A stretch of DNA of 64,000 nucleotides from an uncultured Chloroflexia bacterium (GTDB taxonomy: Bacteria > Chloroflexota > Limnocylindria > Limnocylindrales > CSP1-4): positions 1 through 64,000 of the forward strand of contig CAVYBU010000021.1 in NCBI GenBank assembly GCA_963766735.1. Reading direction: 5' to 3'. Each line of letters opens with the position of its first letter. The stretch's first letter is position 1. Under the pieces are notes generated by a model. It was not told where the DNA came from. It was given only the letters and a program-made list of their open reading frames with translations, and did no database searches. The position numbers were made by a program, and so were the translations under genes. This document shows positions 50,373 to 61,270 of this stretch, one piece after another.

Positions 50373-52100
50373 ATGGTGCCCACCGCGACCACGCGAAGGC
50401 GGCGATCGGCCCAGATCCTCGGGGGGCTCCTGCCCCTCGACCCGGCGCGCCTGCCGGCCGACGTCATCGCCGGCGCGACCCTCGCGGCCCTCGCGATCCC
50501 GGAGGTGATGGGCTACACGAAGATCGCCGGCACGCCGGTGATCACCGGCCTCTACACGCTGCTCCTGCCGGTTCTCTTCTTCGCCATCTTCGGCTCGTCG
50601 CGCCACCTGGTCGTGGGCGCCGATTCGGCGACGGCGGCGATCCTCGCAACCGGACTCGTGGCCATGGGTCAGACCGCCCAATCGGCCGAGTACGTCCAGA
50701 TGACATCGCTGGCCGCCCTCATGTGCGGCGCGCTGCTGATCGTTGCCCGACTCCTGAGGCTGGGCTTCATCGCCAACTTCCTATCCCGCAGCGTGCTGAT
50801 CGGGTTCCTGACCGGCGTCGGCATCCAGGTTGCTATGGGCCAGGTCGGTGGCATGTTCGGGATCAGTGGCGAGAGCGGCGGGACGATCCAGAAGTTCCTC
50901 GAGACGCTGCAGGCGATCCCGACCGACACCAACGTGCCGTCGCTCGTGATCTCCGTGGCGGTCCTCGCCGTCATCCTCGGGCTGGGCCGTGTCAACAAGG
51001 CGATCCCCGGTGCCTTGATCGCCGTGGTCGGCGCGATCGTCGCGAGCTACGTGTTCGATCTCGAGGGGCTGGGCGTGACCGTCCTCGGAACGGTGCCCGG
51101 CGGTCTGCCGTCCCTGGGCCTGCCGACCGACGTCATGACCGGGGCGAACGTTATGGCGCTGCTGCCGACGGTCGTCTCGCTGGTCATCGTGATCCTGGCC
51201 CAGAGCGCAGCCACATCGCGGGCCTACGCAATGAAGTACGGGGACAGCTTCGACGAGAACGTCGACCTCGTCGGTCTTGGCGTGGCCAGCGTGGGTGCCG
51301 GCATCTCCGGCACCTTCGTCGTGAACGGCAGCCCGACCAAGACCGAGATGGTCGACAGCGCCGGAGGCCGAAGCCAGGTCTCGCAGCTCACCGCGGGCGC
51401 CGTGGTCGTGGTGGTCCTGCTGTTCCTGACCGGCCCGCTTGCCTACATGCCCAACGCCGTCCTCGCCGCCGTCGTGTTCCTCATCGGCCTGAAGCTGGTC
51501 GACCGTTTGGGGATGGCCGCGATCGCGCGGGTCCGCCAGGGCGAGTTCGCCGTCGCGCTCGCCACTGCCGTCACCGTTGTGGTCGTCGGGGTGGAGCAGG
51601 GGATCATCCTGGCGATGGTGCTCTCGATCATCGAGCACATCTACCACAGCTATCGCCCGTATGACACGCTCATTGCCCTCACCCCCGACGGCACGCCGGG
51701 ATCCGTCCCGCTCTCGGAGCTTTCCCAGGCACTTCCGGGCCTGGTGATCTACCGGTTCGGGGCAAGCCTCTACTACGCGAACGGCACCCGCTTCACCGAG
51801 GAGATCATGGACATCGCCGAGGGTGCCGACCCGGCCCTGCGCTGGCTGGGTGTCTCTGGCTCATCGATCGGCGACATCGACTACTCGGGCGCCGACACGA
51901 TCCGGCAGGTCAAGGAGGAGCTCGCCCGCACGGGCATCACGCTCGCGATCTGCGACCTGAACCCGAAGGTCCGCGGCCAGATCGACGCGTACGGCCTGAC
52001 CGAGACGATCGGGACCGACCGGATCTACGACACGACGGTGGACCTGCTCCGGGCCTACCGCGCCACCGCGGAACCGGCACCGGCACCGGCCGAAGGCTGA
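50373..52100 (+). CDS. SulP family anion transporter with STAS domain
   Basis: DVIAGAT..IPEVMGY, GSSRHLVVGADSA and YRFGASLYYAN. Confidence 0.93.
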   Translation: MVPTATTRRRRSAQILGGLLPLDPARLPADVIAGATLAALAIPEVMGYTKIAGTPVITGLYTLLLPVLFFAIFGSSRHLVVGADSATAAILATGLVAMGQTAQSAEYVQMTSLAALMCGALLIVARLLRLGFIANFLSRSVLIGFLTGVGIQVAMGQVGGMFGISGESGGTIQKFLETLQAIPTDTNVPSLVISVAVLAVILGLGRVNKAIPGALIAVVGAIVASYVFDLEGLGVTVLGTVPGGLPSLGLPTDVMTGANVMALLPTVVSLVIVILAQSAATSRAYAMKYGDSFDENVDLVGLGVASVGAGISGTFVVNGSPTKTEMVDSAGGRSQVSQLTAGAVVVVVLLFLTGPLAYMPNAVLAAVVFLIGLKLVDRLGMAAIARVRQGEFAVALATAVTVVVVGVEQGIILAMVLSIIEHIYHSYRPYDTLIALTPDGTPGSVPLSELSQALPGLVIYRFGASLYYANGTRFTEEIMDIAEGADPALRWLGVSGSSIGDIDYSGADTIRQVKEELARTGITLAICDLNPKVRGQIDAYGLTETIGTDRIYDTTVDLLRAYRATAEPAPAPAEG

Positions 52101-52108
52101 GCGGGCCC

Positions 52109-52315
52109 GTGTCCCCGCTGCCGTCACGCGAAGAGCGTCGGGCGGCCGGCGAGGCGGCCCGGGCCCGCGTGCCGCTCGCTGCCCACGCGGCCTGGCGTCC
52201 GGCGCCCGACCGGCCGGACCCGGTCTCCCTCCTGCTGGAGCAGGCCGCGACCCGGCTGCGCGAGCTCATGGCGGCGATCGGGGCCGGGCGCGTGGAGGCC
52301 GAGTCGGGGGTCTGA
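52109..52315 (+). pseudogene. DUF2252 gene remnant with N- and C-termini joined by an internal deletion
   Basis: ERRAAGEAARARVP..HAAW..RPDPVSLL.EQ.ATR resembles the DUF2252 start; AAIGAGRVEAESGV* resembles its end. Confidence 0.65.
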
Positions 52316-52549
52316 CCGGCTGGCTCGTCAGGGCGATCGCGGGGCCGCGGCGCCGCCACGTCGGCCCCCCGACGACTGATCACGCGAACCGCGGACGGCG
52401 CTGCTCCGGGGCCGACCCATGTGCCGAGAGACGATGGCGTGGGTCTTTCGTCCGGTCTGTCCGGGGAAACCTTTCCACTATGCGGCGCCTCTTCGATGTG
52501 ACACGGTCCACAGCCCAACCGACCGCGACCTCGTCGAGCGGAGCAGCCC

Positions 52550-53797
52550 TTGATCACGTCTCCGACAGCGCACCGACTCCTCGCCGGCCCGCCGCCCGGT
52601 GGCAAGCCCGAGCCCCATCACGAGCACCGGGCGAGGCTGGGGCCGCTGCCCCGCGAAGACGCTCGCGGAGACCTCATCGCGAACCTCGAGACGAGCGGCC
52701 TGCTCGGCCGCGGCGGGGCAGGCTTCCCGGTCGGGCGCAAGTGGCGTGCGATGGCGGAGCGCATCCACGGCAGGGCCGTCGTCGTGGCGAACGGCGCCGA
52801 GGGCGAGCCCGCGAGCTTCAAGGACCGCGTCCTGATGGCCAGCCGGCCGCACCTCGTGATCGACGGCGCCATCCTGGCGGCCGATGCCGTCGGCGCCGAC
52901 GAGATCGTGTTCTACATCGGCCAGGAGCACGAGGCGGCGGTGGCCGCCATGAGCCGGGCCGTGGACGAACGGTGGCGCGAGATCGGTCACCCGGCCCGGA
53001 TCGTGGAGGCACCGATCGGCTACATCGCCGGCGAGGCGACCGCGGCGGTCAACTTCATCAACACCGGAAAGGCGATGCCGACCGTCACCCCTCCGCGCAT
53101 GTCCGAGCGCGGCGTGGCGGGGCGTCCGACGCTCGTCCAGAACGTGGAGAGCCTGGCCTACGCGGCCCTCATCGCCCGGTTCGGTGAGCACTGGTACCGA
53201 TCGGCTGGCCGGCTCGGGACCCGGGGCACGGCCCTGATCACGGTCACCGGCGCCGTGCGGGATCAGGGTGTCCGGGAGATCGAGATCGGGACCACGATCG
53301 GGGAGATTGCTGCGGGGGCCGGTGCCCAGGTCGCCGACACCCGCGCGGTCGTCCTCGGTGGGTACTTCGGGACGTGGGCTCCGGCCGGCGACGTCTGGGA
53401 CCTCCCGCTCGATCCAGCCGTGATGAAGGACCGCGGCCTCACCTTCGGCTGCGGCATCGTCGGGCTGCTGCCGAACGACGTCTGCGGCGTGTCCGCGACC
53501 GCGAACATCATGGCGTTCATGGCGAGGGAGAGCGCGGGCCAGTGCGGTCCCTGCCTGTTGGGCCTGCGGGCGCTCAGCGACGCGACGACGAACGTCGCGA
53601 TGGGCAGGGCCGGTGCCGACGAGCTCGATCACATCGAGCGGTGGACGGCGCAGACCGGAGGGCGGGGCGCGTGCCATCACCCGGATGGCGCGGTCCAGCT
53701 CATGGCCAGCGCGCTGACCGTGTTCGGCGACGAGTTCGGCCACCATGCCCGGACGGGACGATGCTCGACGACGGGGGCGCGGTTCGATGCCTTCTAG
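52550..53797 (+). CDS. NuoF-like flavin/Fe-S protein
   Basis: [27 protein letters not shown] and [17 protein letters not shown]. Confidence 0.9.
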   Translation: MITSPTAHRLLAGPPPGGKPEPHHEHRARLGPLPREDARGDLIANLETSGLLGRGGAGFPVGRKWRAMAERIHGRAVVVANGAEGEPASFKDRVLMASRPHLVIDGAILAADAVGADEIVFYIGQEHEAAVAAMSRAVDERWREIGHPARIVEAPIGYIAGEATAAVNFINTGKAMPTVTPPRMSERGVAGRPTLVQNVESLAYAALIARFGEHWYRSAGRLGTRGTALITVTGAVRDQGVREIEIGTTIGEIAAGAGAQVADTRAVVLGGYFGTWAPAGDVWDLPLDPAVMKDRGLTFGCGIVGLLPNDVCGVSATANIMAFMARESAGQCGPCLLGLRALSDATTNVAMGRAGADELDHIERWTAQTGGRGACHHPDGAVQLMASALTVFGDEFGHHARTGRCSTTGARFDAF

Positions 53798-54017
53798 GAG
53801 AGACCACAGGCTGCGGGTGGACTGGATCCTGTGCGACGGCTACGGCCTGTGCGGCGACATGCTGCCGGAGCTGATCGACCTGGACGAGTGGCGGTACCCG
53901 ATCCTCCGTGCCGGTTCCGTTGACCGGGGGCTGCTCGACGACGCCCGTCGCGCCGTCGACTGCTGCCCGATGAAGGCGCTCATCCTCGAGCCCGTTCCCG
54001 CCGACCGGCGGGGGTAG
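53787..54017 (+). CDS. Ferredoxin (3Fe-4S/4Fe-4S single cluster)
   Basis: CDGYGLC...CPMKAL; overlaps the upstream stop. Confidence 0.88.
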   Translation: MPSRRDHRLRVDWILCDGYGLCGDMLPELIDLDEWRYPILRAGSVDRGLLDDARRAVDCCPMKALILEPVPADRRG

Positions 54018-54100
54018 CGGGCGGCTCCGTTCCCGCCGATCGCAGCATGTCGACCACGCGGGAATGCCAGCACCGTTGACCCGCTGCCGGACGCGTCGCG

Positions 54101-55127
54101 TCAGCCGGCCAGGGCCTCGCGGACGGCGGGGGCCACCTTCGTTCCGAACAGCTCGATCGAGCGCATGACCTGGGCGTGGGGCATGCCCCCGCCGATCACC
54201 TGGAGCAGGAAGCGCTCGTGGTGGAAGATCTCGTGCTGGAACAGGATCTTGTCCACGATCTCCTGCGGGCTGCCCACGAAGTTGGCGCCTCGCAGCGCCC
54301 GCGATTCGTCGAACGACTCGCGGTCCATGGGTGCGAAACCACGCTCGCGGGCGATCCGGTTCATGAGCGTGCTGAGCGGCGGGAAGGCCTCGTCGGCCGC
54401 CTGCTGCGATGTCGCGGCGACATACCCGTGGGAGGCGATCGCGAGCGCCAGTCCGGCGGCGCCCGCACCCTGCGCGGACTGCCGGTAGAACCGTGCGAGC
54501 GGCTCGAACCGTTCGGGGAGCCCGCCGATGATCGCGAGCGCCATCGGGAGACCCAGGGTGGCGGCTCGAACCGCGGATTCGGGCGTGCCACCAACGGCGA
54601 CCCAGACCGGCAGCGGGTCCTGCAGCGGGTCGCGGGTAGACGCCCCGATCGTCGATCGCCGCCCGGTGGCCGCCCGGCCATGTGATCCGCTCGGAAGCCC
54701 GCAACCCCAGGAGCAGGTCCAGCTTCTCCTCGAACAGGGTGTCGTAGTCGCGCAGGTCGTGCCCGAACAGCGGGAAGGACTCGATGAACGAACCGCGGCC
54801 CGCCATGATCTCCGCCCGGCCGCCGGACAGGAGGTCGAGCGTCGCGAACTCCTGGAAGACCCGCACCGGGTCATCGGAGCTGATGACGCTCACGGCGCTC
54901 GTCAGCCGGATCCGCGAGGTCCGTTCCGCCCCCGCCGCCAGGACCACAGCGGGCGCCGAGACGGCGAAGTCGGGCCGGTGATGCTCACCCACCCCGAAGA
55001 CGTCGAGGCCCACCTGGTCGGCGAGGACCATCTCCTCGACGAGATCGCGGAGGCGCTGCCCCGGGCTCGTCCGCCCGGTCGCAGGATCGGGCGTCAGCTC
55101 GCCGAACGTGTAGAGGCCGATCTCCAT
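54101..55127 (-). CDS. LLM class flavin-dependent oxidoreductase (+1 frameshift at ~54628)
   Basis: [20 protein letters not shown] and GRGSFIES; shifted frame gives [13 protein letters not shown]. Confidence 0.9.
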
Positions 55128-55153
55128 CGGGGGGAGTATGCCCGCTGACTGGC

Positions 55154-55868
55154 TCACCGGCGCCAGCCCCGCGGCTCGTCATGCGACACGGTCCCCTGCC
55201 GCCAGCCGCGGAGCCTCAGCGCCGCGTCGATCTCGGTGCGGTAGGGCGCGCCCTCGGGTCGAAGGTCGAGCCAGTCGAGGTAGCCGGGGTCGTGGCGGGC
55301 AATCTCGCCGATCGACCAGGCGATGAACCGGCCGAAGGGAAGAACGGTTCCCGAGGGCGGCCCCGGCGGCTGCCCGGCGGCGCCGGTGCCGTCGGGCGCG
55401 TTGCGCCACTCGATGACCCGGCCATCGGCCCCCCGCCGCTGCACGGGCGGGCGTCCGGACGCGAAGCCCGGGCGGGCTCCCGAGCGCGGCGCAGCACCGG
55501 CGCCCGGGCGACCTGGGGCGGCGTCGGGACCGGCACCACCCGTTGCTGCCGCGCCGCCGGCATCGCTCTGCCTCTGCCGTGCCGGACTCGCTCGGCGCGC
55601 TCCAGGTCGCCGGGGGGTGGACGTCCTGCGCCGTGGACTGCGGGTGGGGCGTGATGCCGTGCTCCCGGTCATACCCGGCGCGCCGATCCGGGTTGCCCAG
55701 GATCTCCCACGCCCAGTTGACGATGACCATCTGCGGCGACGACGCGCCATCGACGGTCGCATCCGGGTGGTAGCGCCGGGCAAGGGCACGGTAGGCCGCG
55801 CGGATCACGTCCTCGCCGGCATCCGAGCGGATCTGGAGGATCTCGTAGGGATCGGGCTCGTTGCTCAC
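55154..55868 (-). CDS. J-domain protein with a C-terminal PFGR...YLxW motif (frameshift at ~55575-55620)
   Basis: [33 protein letters not shown]; second frame [25 protein letters not shown]. Confidence 0.8.
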
Positions 55869-56257
55869 CGGGCGCCAGGCGGGCCAGCCGCGATCTCACC
55901 GGCTCCGCCGGCCGTGCTCTCACCGACTCCAGGATTCTCGCGCTCGCAGGTCGTGCCTGCCGTCGGGACGACCGTTGGCATCGGCGATCTCTCCATGCCT
56001 GACCCTAGCCGATGAACCCGCCAGGGCGCAACCGGATCCCCCTGTCCTGACGCGCCTGAGGTCGAGATCCGGGCCGCGACCCCTTCGCTGGCCGTTGTGG
56101 CCGAGGCCCCCCCGCGCTCGTCCCGGCGTATTGACTCGGGATGCCAGAGTTGGGGACGACCCGAATACCTGCCGATGATCTGCATCGCGCGAACCACGAT
56201 CGCCCGATGCCGGCGTCGCGTCGTGGTGAGGACCTTGGCTCGCAGGGAGGACCTGAT

Positions 56258-57784
56258 ATGGGGCAGGCCGCGCACGCCCGGCAGGACGAGGGGCATGACG
56301 GATCGCCGTCTCGTGCGCCCCTCGCATGGCGGCCGGTCCTCGCCATCGCGGCTGCCGTCGTCGGCGTCCTCCTGGTCGTAGCCGGGCGGTACGGGTTCCA
56401 CCGCGACGAGCTGTACTTCCTTGTCGCCAGCCGACACCTGGACTTCGGCTACGTGGATCAGCCGCCCCTCACCCCGTTGCTCACCGGGCTGCAGGCTGCG
56501 CTGCTGGGCGCTGCGCCGGCTGCGATCCGTGTCATGCCGGCATTCGCTATCGGTGCCGTCGTGGTGCTCGCCGCAGACATGGCGCGCTCCTTCGCGGGAG
56601 GCCGGCTGGCCCAGGTTCTCGCGGCCGCGGCAGTCGCGACGGGCGGCGGGATCCTCGCCGTCGGCCACCTCCAGTCAACGGCCACCTACGACCTTCTGGC
56701 CTGGACGATCATCACGGCGCTGGTCATCCGGCTGCTGCGCGGCGCCGATCCGCGGTGGTGGCTCGCGGTGGGCGCCATTGCCGGTATCGGGCTGCAGAAC
56801 AAGCACCTCGTGGCGGTGCTGCTGGCCGCGCTGGTCATGGCGTTGCTCGCGACCCGGCGGTGGGACGTCTTCCGGTCGCCGTGGCCGTGGCTGGCCGCCC
56901 TGCTCGCCCTCGCGATGTGGGCACCCAACCTCGCGTGGCAGGCGACGCACGGCTGGCCGCAGCTCGAGATGGCGGGCCGGATCGCCGACCGCTCGGGAAC
57001 CGAGAACCGCGTCCTGGCGATCCCGCTCCAGTTCATCATCGCGGGCGTGTTCACCGCTCCGGTGCTCGTCGCCGGCGTCTGGTGGCTGCTCCGCAACGAC
57101 GCCGCCCGGCCCTTCCGTGCGATCGCGGTTGCCTACATCGTCGTGCTTGCCTTCCTGATGCTCTCCGGCGGCAAGGGGTACTACGCGGCCGGTCTCATCC
57201 CGGCGATCCTCGCGGCGGGCGCGCTACCGCTCGCGGTCTGGGTGCAGCGTGGGCGCTGGCGGCCCATCGCCCTCGCCGGCGCGCTTCTGGGGAACGTCGT
57301 TGTCGTCGGGCTCGTCTCGCTGCCGCTGCTCCCGCCCGCCGTGCTTGCTTCGACGCCCATCCCGGGCATCTACAAGGAGAACGCGGAGCAGGTTGGCTGG
57401 CCCGAGCTCGCGGACACCGTCGGCCGCGTCATGGAGGGGATCCCCGACGGGGAGCGCGCCAACACCGTCGTGTTCACCGGGAACTACGGTGAGGCAGGCG
57501 CCATCAGCGCCTTTGGCCCGGAGCGCGGCCTGCCGCCCGTCTACTCGGGTCACAACTCGTTCGCCGACTGGGGAGTGCCGCCCGAGTCAGCCCGGACCGT
57601 GATCGTCCTTGGGTATGCCCGGGAGACGGACCTGCTGCGCTACTTCGAGCGCGTCGAGCAGGTCGATGTCGTCCGCAACGGGTACGGCCTCGAGAACGAC
57701 GAGGAGGGCCTGCCAGTGTTCGTCGCCCGCGATCCCAGGCGTCCGTGGGTCGAGCTCTGGACGGAGCTGCGCCACCTGGATTGA
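56258..57784 (+). CDS. Membrane glycosyltransferase, GT39/ArnT-like (GT-C)
   Basis: FHRDELY, GYVDQPPL, GLQNK and GNYGEAGA; GGGAGG RBS. Confidence 0.9.
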   Translation: MGQAAHARQDEGHDGSPSRAPLAWRPVLAIAAAVVGVLLVVAGRYGFHRDELYFLVASRHLDFGYVDQPPLTPLLTGLQAALLGAAPAAIRVMPAFAIGAVVVLAADMARSFAGGRLAQVLAAAAVATGGGILAVGHLQSTATYDLLAWTIITALVIRLLRGADPRWWLAVGAIAGIGLQNKHLVAVLLAALVMALLATRRWDVFRSPWPWLAALLALAMWAPNLAWQATHGWPQLEMAGRIADRSGTENRVLAIPLQFIIAGVFTAPVLVAGVWWLLRNDAARPFRAIAVAYIVVLAFLMLSGGKGYYAAGLIPAILAAGALPLAVWVQRGRWRPIALAGALLGNVVVVGLVSLPLLPPAVLASTPIPGIYKENAEQVGWPELADTVGRVMEGIPDGERANTVVFTGNYGEAGAISAFGPERGLPPVYSGHNSFADWGVPPESARTVIVLGYARETDLLRYFERVEQVDVVRNGYGLENDEEGLPVFVARDPRRPWVELWTELRHLD

Positions 57785-57829
57785 CCTCCCCAGGGTTGGC
57801 CCGCGGGGCGCGCTCGTCCTGGCCGGCCT

Positions 57830-58621
57830 CTAGAGCTCGGTGCGCTCGAACCGCCAGAACGCGACGATCGTGAAGATGATGCAGGCCGTGGCCGTGAAGA
57901 CGATCGCCCCGTACCCCTGGATCGGCTGGCCGCCGATGATGGCGCCGATCACGCTCGTATCGGACCCGGCGATGGGCACCAGCAGGGCCCACGGCAGGTA
58001 CTCGATGATGGGAACGCCGCCGAGGAGCTGCTGGCCGAACGCGAAGGCCAGGGGGATCGCGATCACAGGCCCGGCGCTGTCGAACAGGGTTCCGAGCATG
58101 AGTGACAGCGTGAGGTAGAAGAGCAGGTTCAGCCCCGCCACAGCGGCGCCCACCGCGAACGGCCCCAGATCCACGTCGATGCCGGCGATCGCCAGCTGCA
58201 CGAGCAGGACGGCGCTTGGGATCAGGATCATCGTCGCCAGCACGCCGACCGAGTTGGGCACGAGCTTGGACAGCACGAACGCCTTCCTCGATGCCGGCTT
58301 GGACAGCACCCAGGCTGCGGTACCGCTCCGCTTCTCGCCGACGACCACCTCCTGCATGATGATCGTCACGGCGATCGCCGCGAACATGGTCATCACGCCG
58401 AAGATGGTGAAGATCGCCTGGCGATCAGGTGCGTCACCCCAGATCAGCGCCGCAAGGGACCCGTTCACGACCGCGATCCAGATCAGCGACTGGATCCACC
58501 AGGACTTCGTCTTCCACCATGAGCCGAAGCCTGCGGCCATGAGACTCGGGAGGCCGCTGCGCCATCCCGTCTGCGTGACGCGGTCCAGCCCCGCCAGGCC
58601 CGACACGCTGGAGCTACCCAT
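57830..58621 (-). CDS. ABC-2 type permease
   Basis: GEKRSGTAAWVLSKPASR; six TM segments. Confidence 0.9.
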   Translation of the reverse strand: MGSSSVSGLAGLDRVTQTGWRSGLPSLMAAGFGSWWKTKSWWIQSLIWIAVVNGSLAALIWGDAPDRQAIFTIFGVMTMFAAIAVTIIMQEVVVGEKRSGTAAWVLSKPASRKAFVLSKLVPNSVGVLATMILIPSAVLLVQLAIAGIDVDLGPFAVGAAVAGLNLLFYLTLSLMLGTLFDSAGPVIAIPLAFAFGQQLLGGVPIIEYLPWALLVPIAGSDTSVIGAIIGGQPIQGYGAIVFTATACIIFTIVAFWRFERTEL

Positions 58622-59576
58622 CGTCGCGTTTCCCTTCGACCAGGCTGACGAAGACATCCTCGAGACTGGCCGTCTGCCGCCTGAACCCCTTCACGACGAG
58701 TGAGTCGTCGGCCAGGAGCACACGTTGCATCCGGGACTCCGCCGCCTGCGCATCCGACACGACCACGTGCAAGGTCGCCGATCCGTCGACGTCGGAGACC
58801 GTCACCGTCTCCACCCAGGGCTCGGCCATCAGCGCCAGTCGCGCCCTCTCGACGTTACCGACCACGTCCACCAGGAACGCGGTTCCGGATCCGGTCGCGA
58901 GGATCTCCGAAATGGGGCCCTGCGCCGCGATCCCGCCCTTGTTGAGGATGCACACGGTGTCGCTGACGCGCTGGACGTCGTCCAGGAGATGCGTCGAGTA
59001 GAACACCGTCGATGTGGCCCGGAAGCCCTCCAGGATCGCCAGCACGTCACGCCTCCCGAGCGGGTCGAGCGATGCAGCCGGCTCGTCCAGGATGAGCAGC
59101 TCGGGCTCGTGGATCTGCGCCTGCGCGATCCCGAGCCGCTGCCGCTCCCCGCCGGAGAAGCCCTTGATCGCGCGGTCGGCTGCGTCGGTCAACCCGACGA
59201 GATCAAGCATCGACGCGATCCGGTCCTCGATCGCGGCCTTGGGCCCGGTGAAGAAGAAGCTCGCGGCGAACCGCAGCGTCTCCCGCGCGGTCATGTGCTC
59301 GTAGAACCGGGGGTCCTGGGGCAGGTATCCGACCCGGGCGCGGATCTCGGGACTGTTTCGGTGGATGTCGAGGCCGAAGATGGCGCCGGTGCCCGCGGTG
59401 GGTCGGATGAGCCCCAGCAGCATCTTCATCGTCGTGGTCTTGCCGGCACCGTTGGGGCCGAGGAAGCCGAAGATCGAGTGGCGCGGGACGCTCAGGTCCA
59501 GGGATCGGACGACGTCGAGGCCGTCATATGACTTGGTCAGCCCGGCTGTCTGGACAACCGCCTCCTCCGCCGCCAT
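58614..59576 (-). CDS. ABC transporter ATP-binding protein
   Basis: GPNGAGKT, FSGGERQR, LILDEP and STH. Confidence 0.95.
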   Translation of the reverse strand: MAAEEAVVQTAGLTKSYDGLDVVRSLDLSVPRHSIFGFLGPNGAGKTTTMKMLLGLIRPTAGTGAIFGLDIHRNSPEIRARVGYLPQDPRFYEHMTARETLRFAASFFFTGPKAAIEDRIASMLDLVGLTDAADRAIKGFSGGERQRLGIAQAQIHEPELLILDEPAASLDPLGRRDVLAILEGFRATSTVFYSTHLLDDVQRVSDTVCILNKGGIAAQGPISEILATGSGTAFLVDVVGNVERARLALMAEPWVETVTVSDVDGSATLHVVVSDAQAAESRMQRVLLADDSLVVKGFRRQTASLEDVFVSLVEGKRDDG

Positions 59577-59693
59577 GCGAGCCCTCCCGTCCGCGCCAGT
59601 GCCGACTCCCTCTCGCGAAGGGTAACGCAGGCCCGGATCGCGATTGCGCCCAGGACGTGGCCGGCGGACCGCCCGGACCGCCAGGGGGCTGCC

Positions 59694-60008
59694 TCAGTCT
59701 CGGCGGAACGTCCGCAGGATCCCCGAGATGGCGACGAGCGTCCACCCGATCAGGCCGACCGCCACGACCGCGGCCGCGAGCGTTGGCAGGTCGGCGTTCC
59801 AGGCCCAGAGCGCGACCGCGATCGGGAGCGCCAGGATCCAGATGACCACCGCCGCCAGCGGCTCCAGGCCCGTCAGCCACGTCCAGGTGTCGGCGAACAG
59901 CGCACCGCCGGTCGCGAGGCCCACCGCAAGGCCGATCCACAGCAGGGCGAAGACCACCCCGGCGTACGACGCCAGGAAGACCTCGAGGGCGCGAGTTCGG
60001 GAGCGCAC
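59694..60008 (-). CDS. Small membrane protein
   Basis: Three hydrophobic segments; operonic spacing. Confidence 0.7.
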   Translation of the reverse strand: MRSRTRALEVFLASYAGVVFALLWIGLAVGLATGGALFADTWTWLTGLEPLAAVVIWILALPIAVALWAWNADLPTLAAAVVAVGLIGWTLVAISGILRTFRRD

Positions 60009-60010
60009 GG

Positions 60011-60535
60011 TCAGCTCCTCGACTCGACCGGAACGAGGCGGACGAGCGGAATCGAGCGAGTGGTCGCGCGCCGGTATCGCTCATAGCTCGGATCGCGGGC
60101 GAGGACCCGGGGCCAGAACGCGGCCGCCTCGTCGGGCGGCAGCTCCTCCGCACGCACGGCGATCGTCCGGCCCATCACCTCGGCCCGCGCGGCCGGCTCC
60201 GACCCAAGGTTGTAGTACCAGCCAGGATGCGACGCACCGCCGTCGTTGGCGGCCGCAAGGACCATAGCCTCGCCATCGCGGAAGAACTGGAGCACGACCG
60301 TCCGCTCCCGGCGGGACCGCCGGCCGCGTGTCGTGAGCAGCAGGGCATCCACCTTCCACGGTCGCGTGATCCCGCCCCTGGTTCTCCGATACACCCAGAC
60401 GCCGAGAGGGCTCAGGTACCGGTCGAGCCCCCGGTGGACCGCCAGGGCGATGCGCTCCTTGCCGGAGATCCCCCGGGCAGCTGGTGCCACAGCTCCGGGT
60501 TCGTCCGCGCCGGTGTGCGTCCCTTCGTCGCTCAT
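60011..60535 (-). CDS. Deazaflavin (F420)-dependent nitroreductase family protein
   Basis: LLLTTRGRRS, ANDGG..HPGWYYNL and RSIPLVRL. Confidence 0.88.
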   Translation of the reverse strand: MSDEGTHTGADEPGAVAPAARGISGKERIALAVHRGLDRYLSPLGVWVYRRTRGGITRPWKVDALLLTTRGRRSRRERTVVLQFFRDGEAMVLAAANDGGASHPGWYYNLGSEPAARAEVMGRTIAVRAEELPPDEAAAFWPRVLARDPSYERYRRATTRSIPLVRLVPVESRS

Positions 60536-61080
60536 GGAGCTTCAACCGCCGTGCCGTCCAGCTCCCGTGCGATCTCGTCGGCCCAGGCATCGATGGCTTC
60601 CCAGTCCCGGAAGTCGCCTGCAGGCAGCGCCATCTTCGCTGCCGGCATCAGGGTGACAATGCGCTCCGCGAAGCCGATCGGCTTGGCCGCGGGATCCCAG
60701 GCGCCGAAGAACACCTTCTCTCCGCGCGGGTGGATCGCGTCGTGCAGGTCCGGGAACTCCTTGGGTACGGAGACCTCGAGGAGGTCGCGGCCTTCCTTGT
60801 CCACCGTGTCCGTCCCGACGGGGCCGCTGCTGAACAGCCAGGTCGGGCGCCCGGCGAGCAGGGCCCGATTCCTCTGGACGAACTTCGTGGCGTCCTTGAG
60901 CCAGTGGAACATGTATGCAGCGCCGCCCACCACGAACGCGTCGTAGCGCGACGGGTCGCGGACCTCGGACGCCGGGCGCAGGTCCGCGTCCAGGCCGTCG
61001 GCCCGCAGCCGCTCCGCGATCCGTTCGGCGATCCCCCGGGTTGCCCCATGACGGCTGGCGTACGCGACAAGGACGGACAT
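60532..61080 (-). CDS. Flavodoxin domain protein (HemG-like)
   Basis: VAYASRHGATRGIAE, WLFSSGP and GDFRDW; GGAGG RBS. Confidence 0.9.
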   Translation of the reverse strand: MSVLVAYASRHGATRGIAERIAERLRADGLDADLRPASEVRDPSRYDAFVVGGAAYMFHWLKDATKFVQRNRALLAGRPTWLFSSGPVGTDTVDKEGRDLLEVSVPKEFPDLHDAIHPRGEKVFFGAWDPAAKPIGFAERIVTLMPAAKMALPAGDFRDWEAIDAWADEIARELDGTAVEAP

Positions 61081-61270
61081 CGATGGGCCTCCACGCTGCG
61101 CAGGGCGATCGAGTGCAAGGATGCCTGCTCCCTGTCCACCCCCCAAGGGCCGGAAGGGCACTGAGGAGGGGCCGGGCTGAGCTGAACCATCCGGCACCGG
61201 TGCGGACACGGGAGCGCTCCCGGCGGGGCCGGGAGCGCTCGGGCAGGAACGGGCATGCGCGATGAGCCGC

